Shown: piece by piece, positions 28,344-38,349 of the stretch
Layout of the letters: every line of letters begins with the position of its first letter
Numbering within the stretch: the first letter of the stretch is position 1
From: an uncultured Chloroflexia bacterium
GTDB lineage: Bacteria; Chloroflexota; Chloroflexia; QHBQ01; JADMIH01
Direction of reading: 5' to 3'
NCBI GenBank assembly: GCA_963797095.1
Contig: CAWCNY010000004.1
Span: 32,001-96,000 of the forward strand
DNA length: 64,000 bases
Notes under the pieces: model-generated
The model's input: the letters and a program-made list of their open reading frames with translations, nothing else
Database searches by the model: none
What the model was told of the DNA's origin: nothing
Program-made: the position numbers and the translations under genes

Positions 28344-31043
28344 TCAGGTGCTTTCGCGGTGGGGGCGCGACGTGAAACGCAGGTCTTTTAGAGAGATCGA
28401 CAGTCTGCGAACCGCCACATCGAGGGGGAACAGAATGATCGCCGCGAGAAGCAGCCAGGGCCAAAGTGGCACGCGCTCAGGCTGTGTGGGAAGGTTGTGC
28501 GTCCAGACTGCACTCGTGTCGTCCAGTGACAGTAGACTGCCACCTCCGAGCTGCGCCATGTCATTGATGAAGTCGCTTGCCACCTGCGCTTTGTTATCGA
28601 TCATAGCGTATTCACTTGAGTATGGCACCACTAATCCAGAGATGTCGCGCGCTACGAGAGCTTGTTCAATGCCATCGCGCTGCTCTATACGCGTCTGGTA
28701 GACGTCTTGTTGCAGTCCCCTGGCAGTGCCGACATAGACGCCTGGCGAGTCCTGCGCAAGGGGTATGGTGGTACTAACACCAGTAGTATCAGTTAATACC
28801 AGGGTGGTTTGCAAGCCGTTGCGCGGCGTACCCTGCGAGTCAAGTGATTGGACGTTCACCTGCAAGTCTTGTTTGCCGCTTGTGGTCGATGGCGACAGTT
28901 GATAGGTGGTTTCCAGACCGGAGGAGTCGGAAGCGGAAACGGTCCATTGCACCAACTGGGCCGCGAACTGCGAGAACTGCGGCCAGGTAACCCAATCAGT
29001 GGCCCAGCGCCCTTTCATATCTGGCGTCCAGGCAACCGAGTGGCCCAGTCCATATTGCCATTGAGCCAGTATAGGATCGCCATCGGGTGACAGCAAGACG
29101 CCATCGGCGGTTGGCTTGAGGGTGGTAGCGTTGTAGCCTTGCAAGAGGGGCAAATCACCGGTGTCCAGGCCGCGCAGAATCTGACTTTGCTTGCCCAGGA
29201 CGGGGCGAACACTCTTTTCGACATAGTATTGCCCGGCGAGGCGCACCGTCTCCTTGAGTAGCACGTCGGGCAGAGTGTATATGTCGGTGGCCGTGTAGTA
29301 ACGGCCGCCTCCTTCCTCGGCAAGAGTCTTCAAAACCTCGCCTGGCCCCTCTCCAGCGCCAACAGTGCTCAATGTGATGTTGCTGGCTTGAATCTCGCTC
29401 AGAAGGGTCGAGAAATCGGCCTGCTGAGTCCAACCATCGCTTATGAGAATGATATGCTTGAGACCGGCGTCCGTGCTATGTAACTGATCGATGGCGGCCT
29501 GCAAACCGGCGTAGAGATTGGTTGGCGCACCTTCCGCCGAAACATCCTTCAGGTCATTGCTGATACCGTCCGATCCGATGTCACCCATTGGGGTCATATC
29601 AATTAAGTCGTGGGCATCAGCGTCGAAACCCACTACACCGATGCTGTCGGAGGAGTTAAGGAGATCGGCGGCCCGCGCGATGGCTTGCTTGGCGATTTCG
29701 ACTTTGCTGGGTCCGAACTCGGTACGCATGGAAGGATCGAAGGTGGTTTCGGTTCCACAGTGACACCGACCCATGCTACCCGATTTGTCAATGAGGAAGG
29801 TCATGGCAATAGAGGCGCGTTGCTCGGAGGTGCGCACATCCATGGTGACGGGAAGCACCTGCTCAATAGGCGAGCGCAGATAGCCGCCCGCGCCGTAGCT
29901 TAGTTCACCTCCGACCATCACGAGACCGCGACCAAGGTCGCGCACGTAAGACTGCAGCATCGCCTGACGCTCAACACCCAGCGCATCTGTAGATACATTG
30001 GCAAGGACGACTGTGTCGTACGCAGATAGGCTGTCGAGGTTGACGGGCATGCCATTGACGGGCTTGATCGTGGCTTCGATGTTGCTGGCTTCAAGGGCGC
30101 GCCGCAGCGGCTCGCCATCTTCGTCCGAGCCAGCTACGATCAGGACTGACGGAGGAGTAGAGACTACCGTGTAGGACTCGGCGGAGTTATTTTCCTGGTA
30201 CTTATCGTCCGGAGAGGAAACTTCGGCGCGCAGAACCTGGAAGCCCTGTTGGTCGGCTTGCAAGTTGAATTGGACGACAGTTTTGCCGCTCCTTATGTCC
30301 ACATCCTGCTGACCAACCGGGACGTTATCGTCATAGAGAGTCACGGATGCATGGCGGTCGGAAGTGCTCTGGAGCATTACGCGTGCCTCGTATTGCTGGC
30401 CTGCTGGCACGGATTGAGGGCTTGACACACCTTCAACGGCTACTTCATTGTCCGAAGCACCGCCCAGAGGAACCACCGAAAGTTCGACGCCGGCGGCATG
30501 AGCCTGGGCGATCAGGTCGCGGGCGTCAGCCACTGTTTGCAGGCCATCGGTCAGCAGCACCAAACGCCGCGAACCGCCTTCGGGGAAGAGGGCGAGTCCG
30601 GACTGTATTGCATCGCGTATGTTGGTGGCCAAAGCTCCGGGCACGCGGGGCGATGGCCGCCAGGCAGCATCGCCTGAGATGGCACGATCTACAAGGGCGT
30701 TCTCGCCGAAACGTACGACCCCCCCCTGCTCGTCGGGGGTCATCCGGGCGAGTGATTGCTGCACGTAGTCGTGAGCCGCTTGGCGGAGCTCAGGAGAGAC
30801 GCTGCCGGACTCGTCTATTAAAAAGACGACATTGAGAGGCCCACCGCTCGATATCCATTGAAGGCCGGCGATGGCGAGTGTAAGGAGGAGCAAGATGAGC
30901 GAGCGTATAACTATGCTGGCCCGGATGCGAGCACGATCGCGAGGGCGCGCCCTGGCGCTGAGGATGCCAAGATAGACCACAGGCGGGATGGTAAGAAGCA
31001 AGAGGAGTGATTCTGGCTCGGCAAGGTTGAAGGGGAGGTCCAA
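28344..31043 (-). CDS. Membrane protein with two VWA domains and a glutamine-amidotransferase-like domain
   Basis: MIDAS DESGS and DKSGS; LLTDG/LISDG; GGELSYGAGGY; WQYGLG; terminal TM helices. Confidence 0.85.
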   Translation of the reverse strand: MDLPFNLAEPESLLLLLTIPPVVYLGILSARARPRDRARIRASIVIRSLILLLLTLAIAGLQWISSGGPLNVVFLIDESGSVSPELRQAAHDYVQQSLARMTPDEQGGVVRFGENALVDRAISGDAAWRPSPRVPGALATNIRDAIQSGLALFPEGGSRRLVLLTDGLQTVADARDLIAQAHAAGVELSVVPLGGASDNEVAVEGVSSPQSVPAGQQYEARVMLQSTSDRHASVTLYDDNVPVGQQDVDIRSGKTVVQFNLQADQQGFQVLRAEVSSPDDKYQENNSAESYTVVSTPPSVLIVAGSDEDGEPLRRALEASNIEATIKPVNGMPVNLDSLSAYDTVVLANVSTDALGVERQAMLQSYVRDLGRGLVMVGGELSYGAGGYLRSPIEQVLPVTMDVRTSEQRASIAMTFLIDKSGSMGRCHCGTETTFDPSMRTEFGPSKVEIAKQAIARAADLLNSSDSIGVVGFDADAHDLIDMTPMGDIGSDGISNDLKDVSAEGAPTNLYAGLQAAIDQLHSTDAGLKHIILISDGWTQQADFSTLLSEIQASNITLSTVGAGEGPGEVLKTLAEEGGGRYYTATDIYTLPDVLLKETVRLAGQYYVEKSVRPVLGKQSQILRGLDTGDLPLLQGYNATTLKPTADGVLLSPDGDPILAQWQYGLGHSVAWTPDMKGRWATDWVTWPQFSQFAAQLVQWTVSASDSSGLETTYQLSPSTTSGKQDLQVNVQSLDSQGTPRNGLQTTLVLTDTTGVSTTIPLAQDSPGVYVGTARGLQQDVYQTRIEQRDGIEQALVARDISGLVVPYSSEYAMIDNKAQVASDFINDMAQLGGGSLLSLDDTSAVWTHNLPTQPERVPLWPWLLLAAIILFPLDVAVRRLSISLKDLRFTSRPHREST

Positions 31044-31046
31044 AGG

Positions 31047-33059
31047 TTACATCCTTTCCAATCTGCTGGCCGAGCGCTGGGTCTGCCATTCGACTATGGC
31101 GCGACGTATGGCAATGCGCTGGGCGTAGAGCCACTCTATAAGTAGGGCGAGTATGCCGAGAAGCGCGACGGTAGGCCAAAGCTCACGCTTGAATAACTCG
31201 CCGTTGGAGGCACTAGGTGGTTCTCCCTCGGCACTGTCACCCACGGCGGCTCCCGAAGGCGGTAAGGCAGGCGATGCGCTGGGCATGGATAGTGATTCGG
31301 AGCGCGAAAAGAGGTTTACAGCAAAGGCTTCCTGAGCCACAATCTCGTCGCCTGCGTACTGAGTGACGTAGTATACGCCCTGGCGCGCTGTGTTGCCGTA
31401 GGCAACTCTATCAGTGGCTTGTGTGATGGGGATGTCGGTTTCGGTGGCCGTAGGGTCTTCAATGACGACACTGGTAACCTGGGAGGAGACCAGGGAAATG
31501 CCGACAGGCTGACCTGGAGCGACCTCGGCAGGGAGGCCGCCTGCGGGTAGTGGCAGTAGATAGGTTGTCAGGTTGCGAATGAGCAAGGGGAACGCTGTCT
31601 GGAGAGGAAGATCGGAGTCGCGGAGGTCAAAGGCGAAGATTACGATGTTGCGGCCATCTTGTTCGCCCGCGACTATGAGAGGGTCGGTCCCACTGGCAGC
31701 AAGCACACGTCCCCAGGTTGGTTTCTCCATTTGGATGGCGTTGGAAATGTGCGCACTGGATAGGTCAACGAACTTCAGCAGAGGCTCGCGATCAGAGGCT
31801 GAGGTGGCGTCCTCAGGACGGGTGGAGGTGACTTCAGGCGCTGTCAGCACGCCAGTGACGCTTATGAGGGGATTTGAGGACGGAGCGAAAAGCATCAGAC
31901 CGCCGGGAGGGAGGGTCTGCAGTGTGGTGGTTGGCACACCGGCGTCGAAGATAGTGAGGTCGAAGGGCACGCCATTGAGAGAGGCGTCCGGCGAGTAGTC
32001 GGCGGGAGAAACTTTGTAGAGATTCACGGTTGGCAGAAGGGAAAGAGCGAGTTGCAGGAATTTGTTGTCTTCAGTTATTAGCAGAACGTTGGCCGGGACG
32101 CTTGCGCGATTGACCACCCATGCCTGGTCGTCCAGGTCCAACGCATCGATCCCGGCGAATCGCGCCTGGATTATACGCGCGCCGAGCGGTACATCTTCGA
32201 TTGTGACTTCCTGGGTGGTACCTGGGCCGATCTCGACGTTGCGTGCGGTCCAGGGCACGTCATCGGCAAGGAGGTCGATGCGACGGGAAACGGATACAGG
32301 TTGCGAGTTTGATACTTGCATGAAAAGGCTAAGGCCCGCCTGCTCCTTCTCAAGACTGAGGGCAGTGATGCCCTGGTTGGCACCGGCCTCATCGAGGGGA
32401 TCCGAGTCGCCAACTTGTACAAAGGTGAGCGCGCCAGGTAGGGATTCTACAGCTGTATCGGCGGGAGGGAAGGCACCATCGGATATCAGCCAAACGGTGC
32501 TGTTTGTGTCCCTGGCGGCCACCGCGGCGGCTAACTTCAGAGCCTGAGTCATGTCCCCCGGAGCGGCCTGGACGGAGAGGTTGTCAATGGCTGAGTTTAA
32601 TCTGCCGTGGTCGTCGGTTGAGGGTACTTCTACGGTGGCCTTATCGGTTGATGTTAGGAGCATGGTAGTGGCACCTTGGGGCAGATTGTTGATGATCGAC
32701 CTGGCACGGTCTTTGGCAATATCGAGCCTGGTGGGCCCGCCCGGCTCGTCGCGAGCGCCCATGCTTGCGGAAAGATCGATTATGATGACGGCGTTTTGGC
32801 CCGTTGCTTCGACGGACGGTACCCAGGGACGTGCAAGAGCCAGAATCAGGAGAGTTAGGATCAGAAGCTGTAGGAGGAGCAGCGCGGACACCCGGAGGCG
32901 CTGCCAGAGCGAATTTGCCTCCCGGTCACGCGTGAGGGCGCCCCACAGATGGAGGCTTCCGACGGGCGCTGTCGGGCGGCGCAACTTCAGGAGGTAAAGC
33001 GCAACAATTATGATCAGCAGGGGTAGCGCGAGTAGCGCCAGAGGCGCGAGCAAGCCCAC
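31047..33059 (-). CDS. BatA-like N-terminal TM + VWA domain protein
   Basis: LYLLKLRR...SLHLW...LLLLQLL...ALARP BatA pattern; DLSASM; LISDG; C-terminal ELW...EW. Confidence 0.85.
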   Translation of the reverse strand: MGLLAPLALLALPLLIIIVALYLLKLRRPTAPVGSLHLWGALTRDREANSLWQRLRVSALLLLQLLILTLLILALARPWVPSVEATGQNAVIIIDLSASMGARDEPGGPTRLDIAKDRARSIINNLPQGATTMLLTSTDKATVEVPSTDDHGRLNSAIDNLSVQAAPGDMTQALKLAAAVAARDTNSTVWLISDGAFPPADTAVESLPGALTFVQVGDSDPLDEAGANQGITALSLEKEQAGLSLFMQVSNSQPVSVSRRIDLLADDVPWTARNVEIGPGTTQEVTIEDVPLGARIIQARFAGIDALDLDDQAWVVNRASVPANVLLITEDNKFLQLALSLLPTVNLYKVSPADYSPDASLNGVPFDLTIFDAGVPTTTLQTLPPGGLMLFAPSSNPLISVTGVLTAPEVTSTRPEDATSASDREPLLKFVDLSSAHISNAIQMEKPTWGRVLAASGTDPLIVAGEQDGRNIVIFAFDLRDSDLPLQTAFPLLIRNLTTYLLPLPAGGLPAEVAPGQPVGISLVSSQVTSVVIEDPTATETDIPITQATDRVAYGNTARQGVYYVTQYAGDEIVAQEAFAVNLFSRSESLSMPSASPALPPSGAAVGDSAEGEPPSASNGELFKRELWPTVALLGILALLIEWLYAQRIAIRRAIVEWQTQRSASRLERM

Positions 33060-33109
33060 GTGTGAGTATCCTTAACTACAGGTAGGAGAGTCGGGACAGG
33101 GCAGCCCGC

Positions 33110-34150
33110 TTACTCCTCTTCCCTGGTTTCCTCTATGACCGATGAGATGATAGCATCGGGGTCAATCCCCTCGGCCTCAGCGTCGAAATTGAGTATTATG
33201 CGGTGTCTGAGCGCGGGTAATGCTGCGGTCCTGATGTCGCGAAACGCTACATTATATCGCCCATCAAGAAGGGCGTAGATCTTGCCAGCGAGGATCATAG
33301 CCTGAAGCGCACGAGGTGAGCCACCGTAACGCACGTAGCGTTTGACCATACCACCCGCGTTGGCGGTATCAGCGTGCGTGGCCTGTAGAAGTCGAACGGC
33401 ATAGGCTGTGACATGAGTGGCGATGGGGGTCTGGCGGGCGAGGTGTTGCATCGCCATAATGTCGCTACCCGACGCGACCTTGCTCACTGATGGCTGGTCG
33501 CCGGAGGTTGTGCGGTCGGAGATGGCGATCAGCTCGGCCGCGGTGGGAAAGGTAACGTTGAGCTTGAAGAAGAAGCGGTCAAGCTGGGCCTCTGGAAGGG
33601 GATATGTGCCTTCCATTTCGAGAGGGTTCTGGGTGGCAAGTACGAAGAAGGGGTGGGGAAGCCTGTAGATCGTGCGTGCAACAGAGACAGTGCCTTCCTG
33701 CATGGCCTCAAGCAAGGCCGACTGAGTCTTGGGTGTTGCGCGGTTTATTTCGTCAGCAAGAAGCAGGTTGGCAAAAATAGGACCACGCTGGAACTGGAAA
33801 CGGCGGCCTCCAGCCTCATCTTCGAGGAGTATGTTGGTGCCGATTATGTCGGCGGGCATTAGGTCGGGAGTGAACTGGATACGGCTGAACTCGCAATCGA
33901 GGGCTTCGGACAGGGTGCGGACCAGGACGGTCTTGCCCAGCCCGGGAACGCCTTCAAGAAGGGCATTGCCGCCCGCGATGAGGCACACTAGTACCTGATG
34001 CATTAGCAGCTTTTGACCAACGATTACTTTGCCAAGCTCATTCTCTATCCGGATTGCGAGGTCGCGGAAAGTCTCCGGCGTTATGTCGGGCAACGGCTCT
34101 CCATGGATGGCCTCGCCCGCCTCGTGCGTTCTTGGGTGCGCTGCTGTCAA
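33110..34150 (-). CDS. moxR: MoxR-family AAA+ ATPase
   Basis: EGVPGLGKT, RIQFTPDLMPAD, DEINRA, ATQNP, PLPEAQLDRF. Confidence 0.95.
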   Translation of the reverse strand: MTAAHPRTHEAGEAIHGEPLPDITPETFRDLAIRIENELGKVIVGQKLLMHQVLVCLIAGGNALLEGVPGLGKTVLVRTLSEALDCEFSRIQFTPDLMPADIIGTNILLEDEAGGRRFQFQRGPIFANLLLADEINRATPKTQSALLEAMQEGTVSVARTIYRLPHPFFVLATQNPLEMEGTYPLPEAQLDRFFFKLNVTFPTAAELIAISDRTTSGDQPSVSKVASGSDIMAMQHLARQTPIATHVTAYAVRLLQATHADTANAGGMVKRYVRYGGSPRALQAMILAGKIYALLDGRYNVAFRDIRTAALPALRHRIILNFDAEAEGIDPDAIISSVIEETREEE

Positions 34151-34159
34151 AGGTGGCTC

Positions 34160-36220
34160 CTATTTGCCTAGCTCGGTGAAGTACTCTTTCACATACTCCT
34201 TGGCATCGGAAGGTATGTATTGCCCTTCGAGGGCCTGGGCTGCCTGTTGCGCATAAGCTCCGTAGACTTCCTTGTATGGTGTATGGATTTCGGTTCTTAC
34301 GCCCCCGCCTCGGTCAGTTGTGGTTTCGGGTGTATCACCCGCCCCGCCGCCACGTCCTTCTATGCCGTCCTGGTTGGGATCTCCAGGCGCGGCCTGACCG
34401 GGAATGTTGCCGTCATTGCCAGGTTCAGAGGCGCTCCCACCCGACGTGGAAGGTCCGGCGGTTGGAGGTATGTAGAGTGCGTCGCCGGAATCGCTATTAT
34501 TCGTGGAGCCGCCTTGCGGGCTCACTCCGCGCCCGGATGGGTTCTGGACCTGGCTGATGGCACCGTTTGCGCCGCCAACCGGGCCTGTCACCTGACCACC
34601 GAACGTCCCCTGGCTGTCTCCCGTACCTCCACCTGCAGACCCGCCGGGCTGGCCCCCACCCTGACTGCTGCCGGCGCCGCCGCCTCGCGACCCACCCTGC
34701 GAGTTCCCCTGCCCGTTGGCACCGGCAGCCGTCTGGCCGCCGCTAGCCTGTGAGCCTTTGGAGACGTTGAAATCAGGCGAGTTAAGGCCCATTTGTTGAC
34801 CGAACGCACTTGGGTCGTTCTTTGAGATGCCCTGAGAGCCATCGGTGTTTGAGTCGTCACCATTGCTTGGTGCCTGGCTAACAGGCGCGGGGGTTCCACC
34901 GCCGGCCCCGTTGGAAGCCTGTGTCGGCGCACCGGGCCGCCGGAATCCAACCTGGCCCTTATTGACCTCTTGTGCGCCTGCCTGTGCGAGCGCCTGTCTA
35001 CCATCATCGAGGTCGGCAAGGGCTTTTTCGACAGCGCCAGCCAACTGCCAGTGTTTATCAGCAGCCAGGAAGCTGTCTGAGACTGACTCCAGGGAAGAGG
35101 CGCTCTTCTCCAGATCTTTGACACTAACTGCTTGCGAGGAGTCGAGCAGGTTCTGGGCAAGGGTTGCATCCTCGGGGGCGGCTTGCCCCTCAGCGCGTTC
35201 GAGGCCCTCGGAGAGTGCGCGCAATTGGGCGCTGTTCAGGTTCACGATCCAGCCTGATAGCGTTCGTGCAGCATCGGCTGCCTTGCCCAGGTCTGATAGG
35301 TCGGGGAAGTTGTCGGGGCTCCAGGCTAGATCAACCGCCGATTGCACGGTACCGTTTCTAACTGCCGCGACGGTGGAGTTTTGGACGGTCTTGGCGGCTG
35401 CGATTACGCCGAGGAAATCGCTTGGGGCCTGTGGGGAGAGATCGTGTAATCGCTCTTGCGTATCGGCGATAGCTGCCAGCATTGCAGACCTATCGATCTG
35501 AGGGGTTGCGAGAATATCGAGCAGCCTCTGTAGCTCGCGATTGATGGACGCCTTCGAGGCATCGTCCAATCCCGGGCGCTCTATTAATTCAGCCCGGAGT
35601 TGCTCGACCTGAGCTATTTCGTCCCGGACAGCCCGTTGCAATTCGGCTCGCTCGGCACGAACCTGATCCAGCGGGGTAGGCAGGAGGATTGCGCCGACCA
35701 GAACAAGAAGAGCAGCGCCAACCGCGGCCCACTGCCACCTCCGCAGAGAGTAACCCCAGCCTGACGGAAGCATATTTCGCTTCGTGTGAAGGTGGAACGC
35801 AGTGTCGGCAAGCATGGTACGAGGCAGACGCACGCGGCCTACATGAAGGCCAGCGACCGGGGTGGAGCGCACCAACTCAAGGCTGGTCGCAACACGCTCG
35901 TCGAGACCCAACGCCCGGTCAAGGTAACGGGCAGATTCACCTGAACCGATTCGGCGCGTGCTGCGCACAACCACTAGGGCCAGTAGCCAGCTCATGGGGA
36001 AGAGCAAGGCGGGCCATTTCGGGAGGTCGATCAGAGTAAATCGGACGAGTAGCACCCAGAGAGTGGAGAGCAGTGTAGCCAGCCACAGAGTGGCGGCAGC
36101 AAAGACTATAGTCTCTCTCCTGGCAAGGGTCTTGCGCGCGGCCCTAAGTGAGTGGTCGAACTCGGCCAGCCACAATTCGCCTTGTGCGTTGTCTCTAAGC
36201 TCAAAAGGTAGGACGGACAT
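34160..36220 (-). CDS. Membrane protein with coiled coil and Gly/Ser/Gln-rich C-terminus (MoxR-cluster associated)
   Basis: TM helices, LDRALGLDER, helical middle, low-complexity tail, IPxxxKEYVKEYF terminus. Confidence 0.75.
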   Translation of the reverse strand: MSVLPFELRDNAQGELWLAEFDHSLRAARKTLARRETIVFAAATLWLATLLSTLWVLLVRFTLIDLPKWPALLFPMSWLLALVVVRSTRRIGSGESARYLDRALGLDERVATSLELVRSTPVAGLHVGRVRLPRTMLADTAFHLHTKRNMLPSGWGYSLRRWQWAAVGAALLVLVGAILLPTPLDQVRAERAELQRAVRDEIAQVEQLRAELIERPGLDDASKASINRELQRLLDILATPQIDRSAMLAAIADTQERLHDLSPQAPSDFLGVIAAAKTVQNSTVAAVRNGTVQSAVDLAWSPDNFPDLSDLGKAADAARTLSGWIVNLNSAQLRALSEGLERAEGQAAPEDATLAQNLLDSSQAVSVKDLEKSASSLESVSDSFLAADKHWQLAGAVEKALADLDDGRQALAQAGAQEVNKGQVGFRRPGAPTQASNGAGGGTPAPVSQAPSNGDDSNTDGSQGISKNDPSAFGQQMGLNSPDFNVSKGSQASGGQTAAGANGQGNSQGGSRGGGAGSSQGGGQPGGSAGGGTGDSQGTFGGQVTGPVGGANGAISQVQNPSGRGVSPQGGSTNNSDSGDALYIPPTAGPSTSGGSASEPGNDGNIPGQAAPGDPNQDGIEGRGGGAGDTPETTTDRGGGVRTEIHTPYKEVYGAYAQQAAQALEGQYIPSDAKEYVKEYFTELGK

Positions 36221-36381
36221 GAACCCTCACAGGCATCATAGTAATAGTATCCGTTGGGAGGTCACCATGTTGGCGTCTAAAGGGTGTCCCTTATATTCTA
36301 CCACTTTCCCCTGGCATTAGTTCATTTGGACATTGGAAGGGGGTCAAAGAAGCCGATCCCTACTGTCTGGCGCGCCACACG

Positions 36382-36410
36382 TGGACTCGCAGGGAGCGCT
36401 GGTTTATAAT
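36382..36410 (+). promoter_or_regulatory. Putative sigma70 promoter of cutA-tat
   Basis: TGGACT-17 bp-TATAAT, then a GAGGAG RBS. Confidence 0.5.
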
Positions 36411-36434
36411 TGGTTTGTAGAGGAGACCTGCTCC

Positions 36435-36815
36435 ATGGCCCAGGAAGTTAATGTTGCCATACTTTATGTCCCTTGCGGCTCGGAAGAGGAAGCGGCAGGA
36501 ATCGCCACGCAGTTGCTTGTGGAAGGTTTGATCGCTTGCGGCAACATTGTGCAATCACGTTCGCTCCATTTGTGGGAGGGCAGCCTCGCAGACGAGAAGG
36601 AACATATCCTTCTGTGCAAGACCACCAACCAGGCGAAAGAGGCTGCGCAGCAGCGTATAGAAGAACTGCATAGTTATGATGTACCGTGTATTATCAGTGT
36701 GGGACCGGCGTCGGTGAACGGCGCCTATTCTGAGTGGGTGATCAGTATGGTAAGTGCGGGTGCTGGCACTACTGTGGAGATGGCGAATTCTGCGCGCAAT
36801 GAGGCTGAGAGATAA
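36435..36815 (+). CDS. cutA: Divalent-cation tolerance protein CutA
   Basis: [23 protein letters not shown]; ATG 36435. Confidence 0.88.
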   Translation: MAQEVNVAILYVPCGSEEEAAGIATQLLVEGLIACGNIVQSRSLHLWEGSLADEKEHILLCKTTNQAKEAAQQRIEELHSYDVPCIISVGPASVNGAYSEWVISMVSAGAGTTVEMANSARNEAER

Positions 36816-37414
36816 TGGAAGTGTTTGGCATCGGGTTGCCCGAACTGTTGCTGATTGGGGTTATCGCGCTGATCGTGCTTGGACCGGAGCGGCTGCCGGA
36901 AGCGGCCCGCACCCTGGGAAAAGGGATCGCTGACTTCCGCAGGGCTATGGAGCCAGCACGAAGTGCCTGGCGAGACTTGACAAGCGAGATTACGAATGTT
37001 GGGACCGAGGTGGTGGTAACTGCAAGAACAGCCACTGGCGCGGCCAACAATATGCTGAAACCGACGCGCAAGGGAGAGGTTACAACCGCGATTCCATCTG
37101 ATAATCCCTGGAAGGTACACCCGATTATGGAAGGGATGACACCGGAGGAGCGTGAGCATTTCATGGCGGGAGGGGAGATACCGCCGCGTATTCTTGAAGA
37201 GATGGCGGCGAAGCAGGCGTCATCCACCAACGGGCGGGCGTATATACCGGAGGTTGTTGACCTCGATTATCCGATTCCGCACACGAAGTCGGCAAGTGCG
37301 GCTGCATTGTCTGTCTCGGAAGATGTCGAAGAGATTGACTACCCCGATACTCGAAATAGCGTATCCATGCCAAGTGAACCGGAGGAGACCAAGCTTAATG
37401 AACAAGACACATAG
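36815..37414 (+). CDS. tatB: Twin-arginine translocase TatA/TatB family subunit
   Basis: [33 protein letters not shown]. Confidence 0.78.
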   Translation: MEVFGIGLPELLLIGVIALIVLGPERLPEAARTLGKGIADFRRAMEPARSAWRDLTSEITNVGTEVVVTARTATGAANNMLKPTRKGEVTTAIPSDNPWKVHPIMEGMTPEEREHFMAGGEIPPRILEEMAAKQASSTNGRAYIPEVVDLDYPIPHTKSASAAALSVSEDVEEIDYPDTRNSVSMPSEPEETKLNEQDT

Positions 37415-37613
37415 ACGTGCTATTCAGAAGCATAGAGCCAAGAAACTGAAGATCGCACTCAGGCGCAAGATGGAATCGAGCCAACAGGCTGGGGGGTTGG
37501 CACACAGCCGGGGCGGAATGAGCGCGGCATCTGCCGGTGCGCAAAGGATGAGGTCGGGGTCCAGGCGGCGGAACGAAGAAGCAGGTGGGACCGAGTCCGA
37601 ATCTGAGGGCTAG
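37398..37613 (+). CDS. Small basic hypothetical protein (71 aa)
   Basis: GGAGGAG RBS; [24 protein letters not shown]; fills the gap exactly up to the convergent NUDIX stop. Confidence 0.6.
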   Translation: MNKTHRRAIQKHRAKKLKIALRRKMESSQQAGGLAHSRGGMSAASAGAQRMRSGSRRRNEEAGGTESESEG

Positions 37614-38144
37614 TTACACACCTATTTGATTCACCCAATCGGCAAGTACTGCCTCGGTGCTTGGAAAGGCCAGCCCATCCCAGGGTATAGCGTCGGGAGC
37701 GAACAAGCCGACTTCAATGGCTTCAGTTGTGAGCACGGGCTGAGATTCGGCGTCGAGCAAGCGAGCAAGATAGACCACATTGACCACGTGGCTGCCGGCT
37801 CGTGAATAGACGCCGAAGAGGTTGACGATCTCGATTTGCAAGCCGACCTCTTCGAGGGTTTCTCTCTTTGCTGCATCGGCAGTGGTCTCGTCAATTTCCT
37901 GGTAGCCTGCGGGATAGGTCCAGCAGCCGTATCGTGGCTCGATGCCACGCCGGAGCAGCCAGACCTTACCATTGACTACTGGGAGCGCCCCGCTCACTAT
38001 CTTCGGGTTCAAGTAGAAGACATGACCGCAGGAGGCGCAGACCAGGCGCGGGCGATCCTCGGTCGCTAAATGCGCTTCGACTAGAGGCGCCCCACACACG
38101 GGGCAATAATTGAATGATGAAATGGGATTCACTGCAAAGTCCAA
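37614..38144 (-). CDS. NUDIX hydrolase with N-terminal zinc ribbon
   Basis: CPVCG...CASCG; PAGYQEIDETTADAAKRETLEEVG Nudix box. Confidence 0.9.
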   Translation of the reverse strand: MDFAVNPISSFNYCPVCGAPLVEAHLATEDRPRLVCASCGHVFYLNPKIVSGALPVVNGKVWLLRRGIEPRYGCWTYPAGYQEIDETTADAAKRETLEEVGLQIEIVNLFGVYSRAGSHVVNVVYLARLLDAESQPVLTTEAIEVGLFAPDAIPWDGLAFPSTEAVLADWVNQIGV

Positions 38145-38349
38145 TGTAGCGACAACAGGCCGAAGATGTCAAGCCCACGCGACGTACCAAGGTTGTGTTT
38201 TTGTTGACTTGCTTCGTGTCCTGTATGTGTGTTAAACTTCGGAATCAATGGGAGTTCGCTATACTCTATCTCAATATCGTCCGTGACCCGGTGGCGGGCA
38301 AGGCCGGTAAGCTTGTCGTGCCGCCTCGAAGCCTGTCAGGAGCCTCCAT

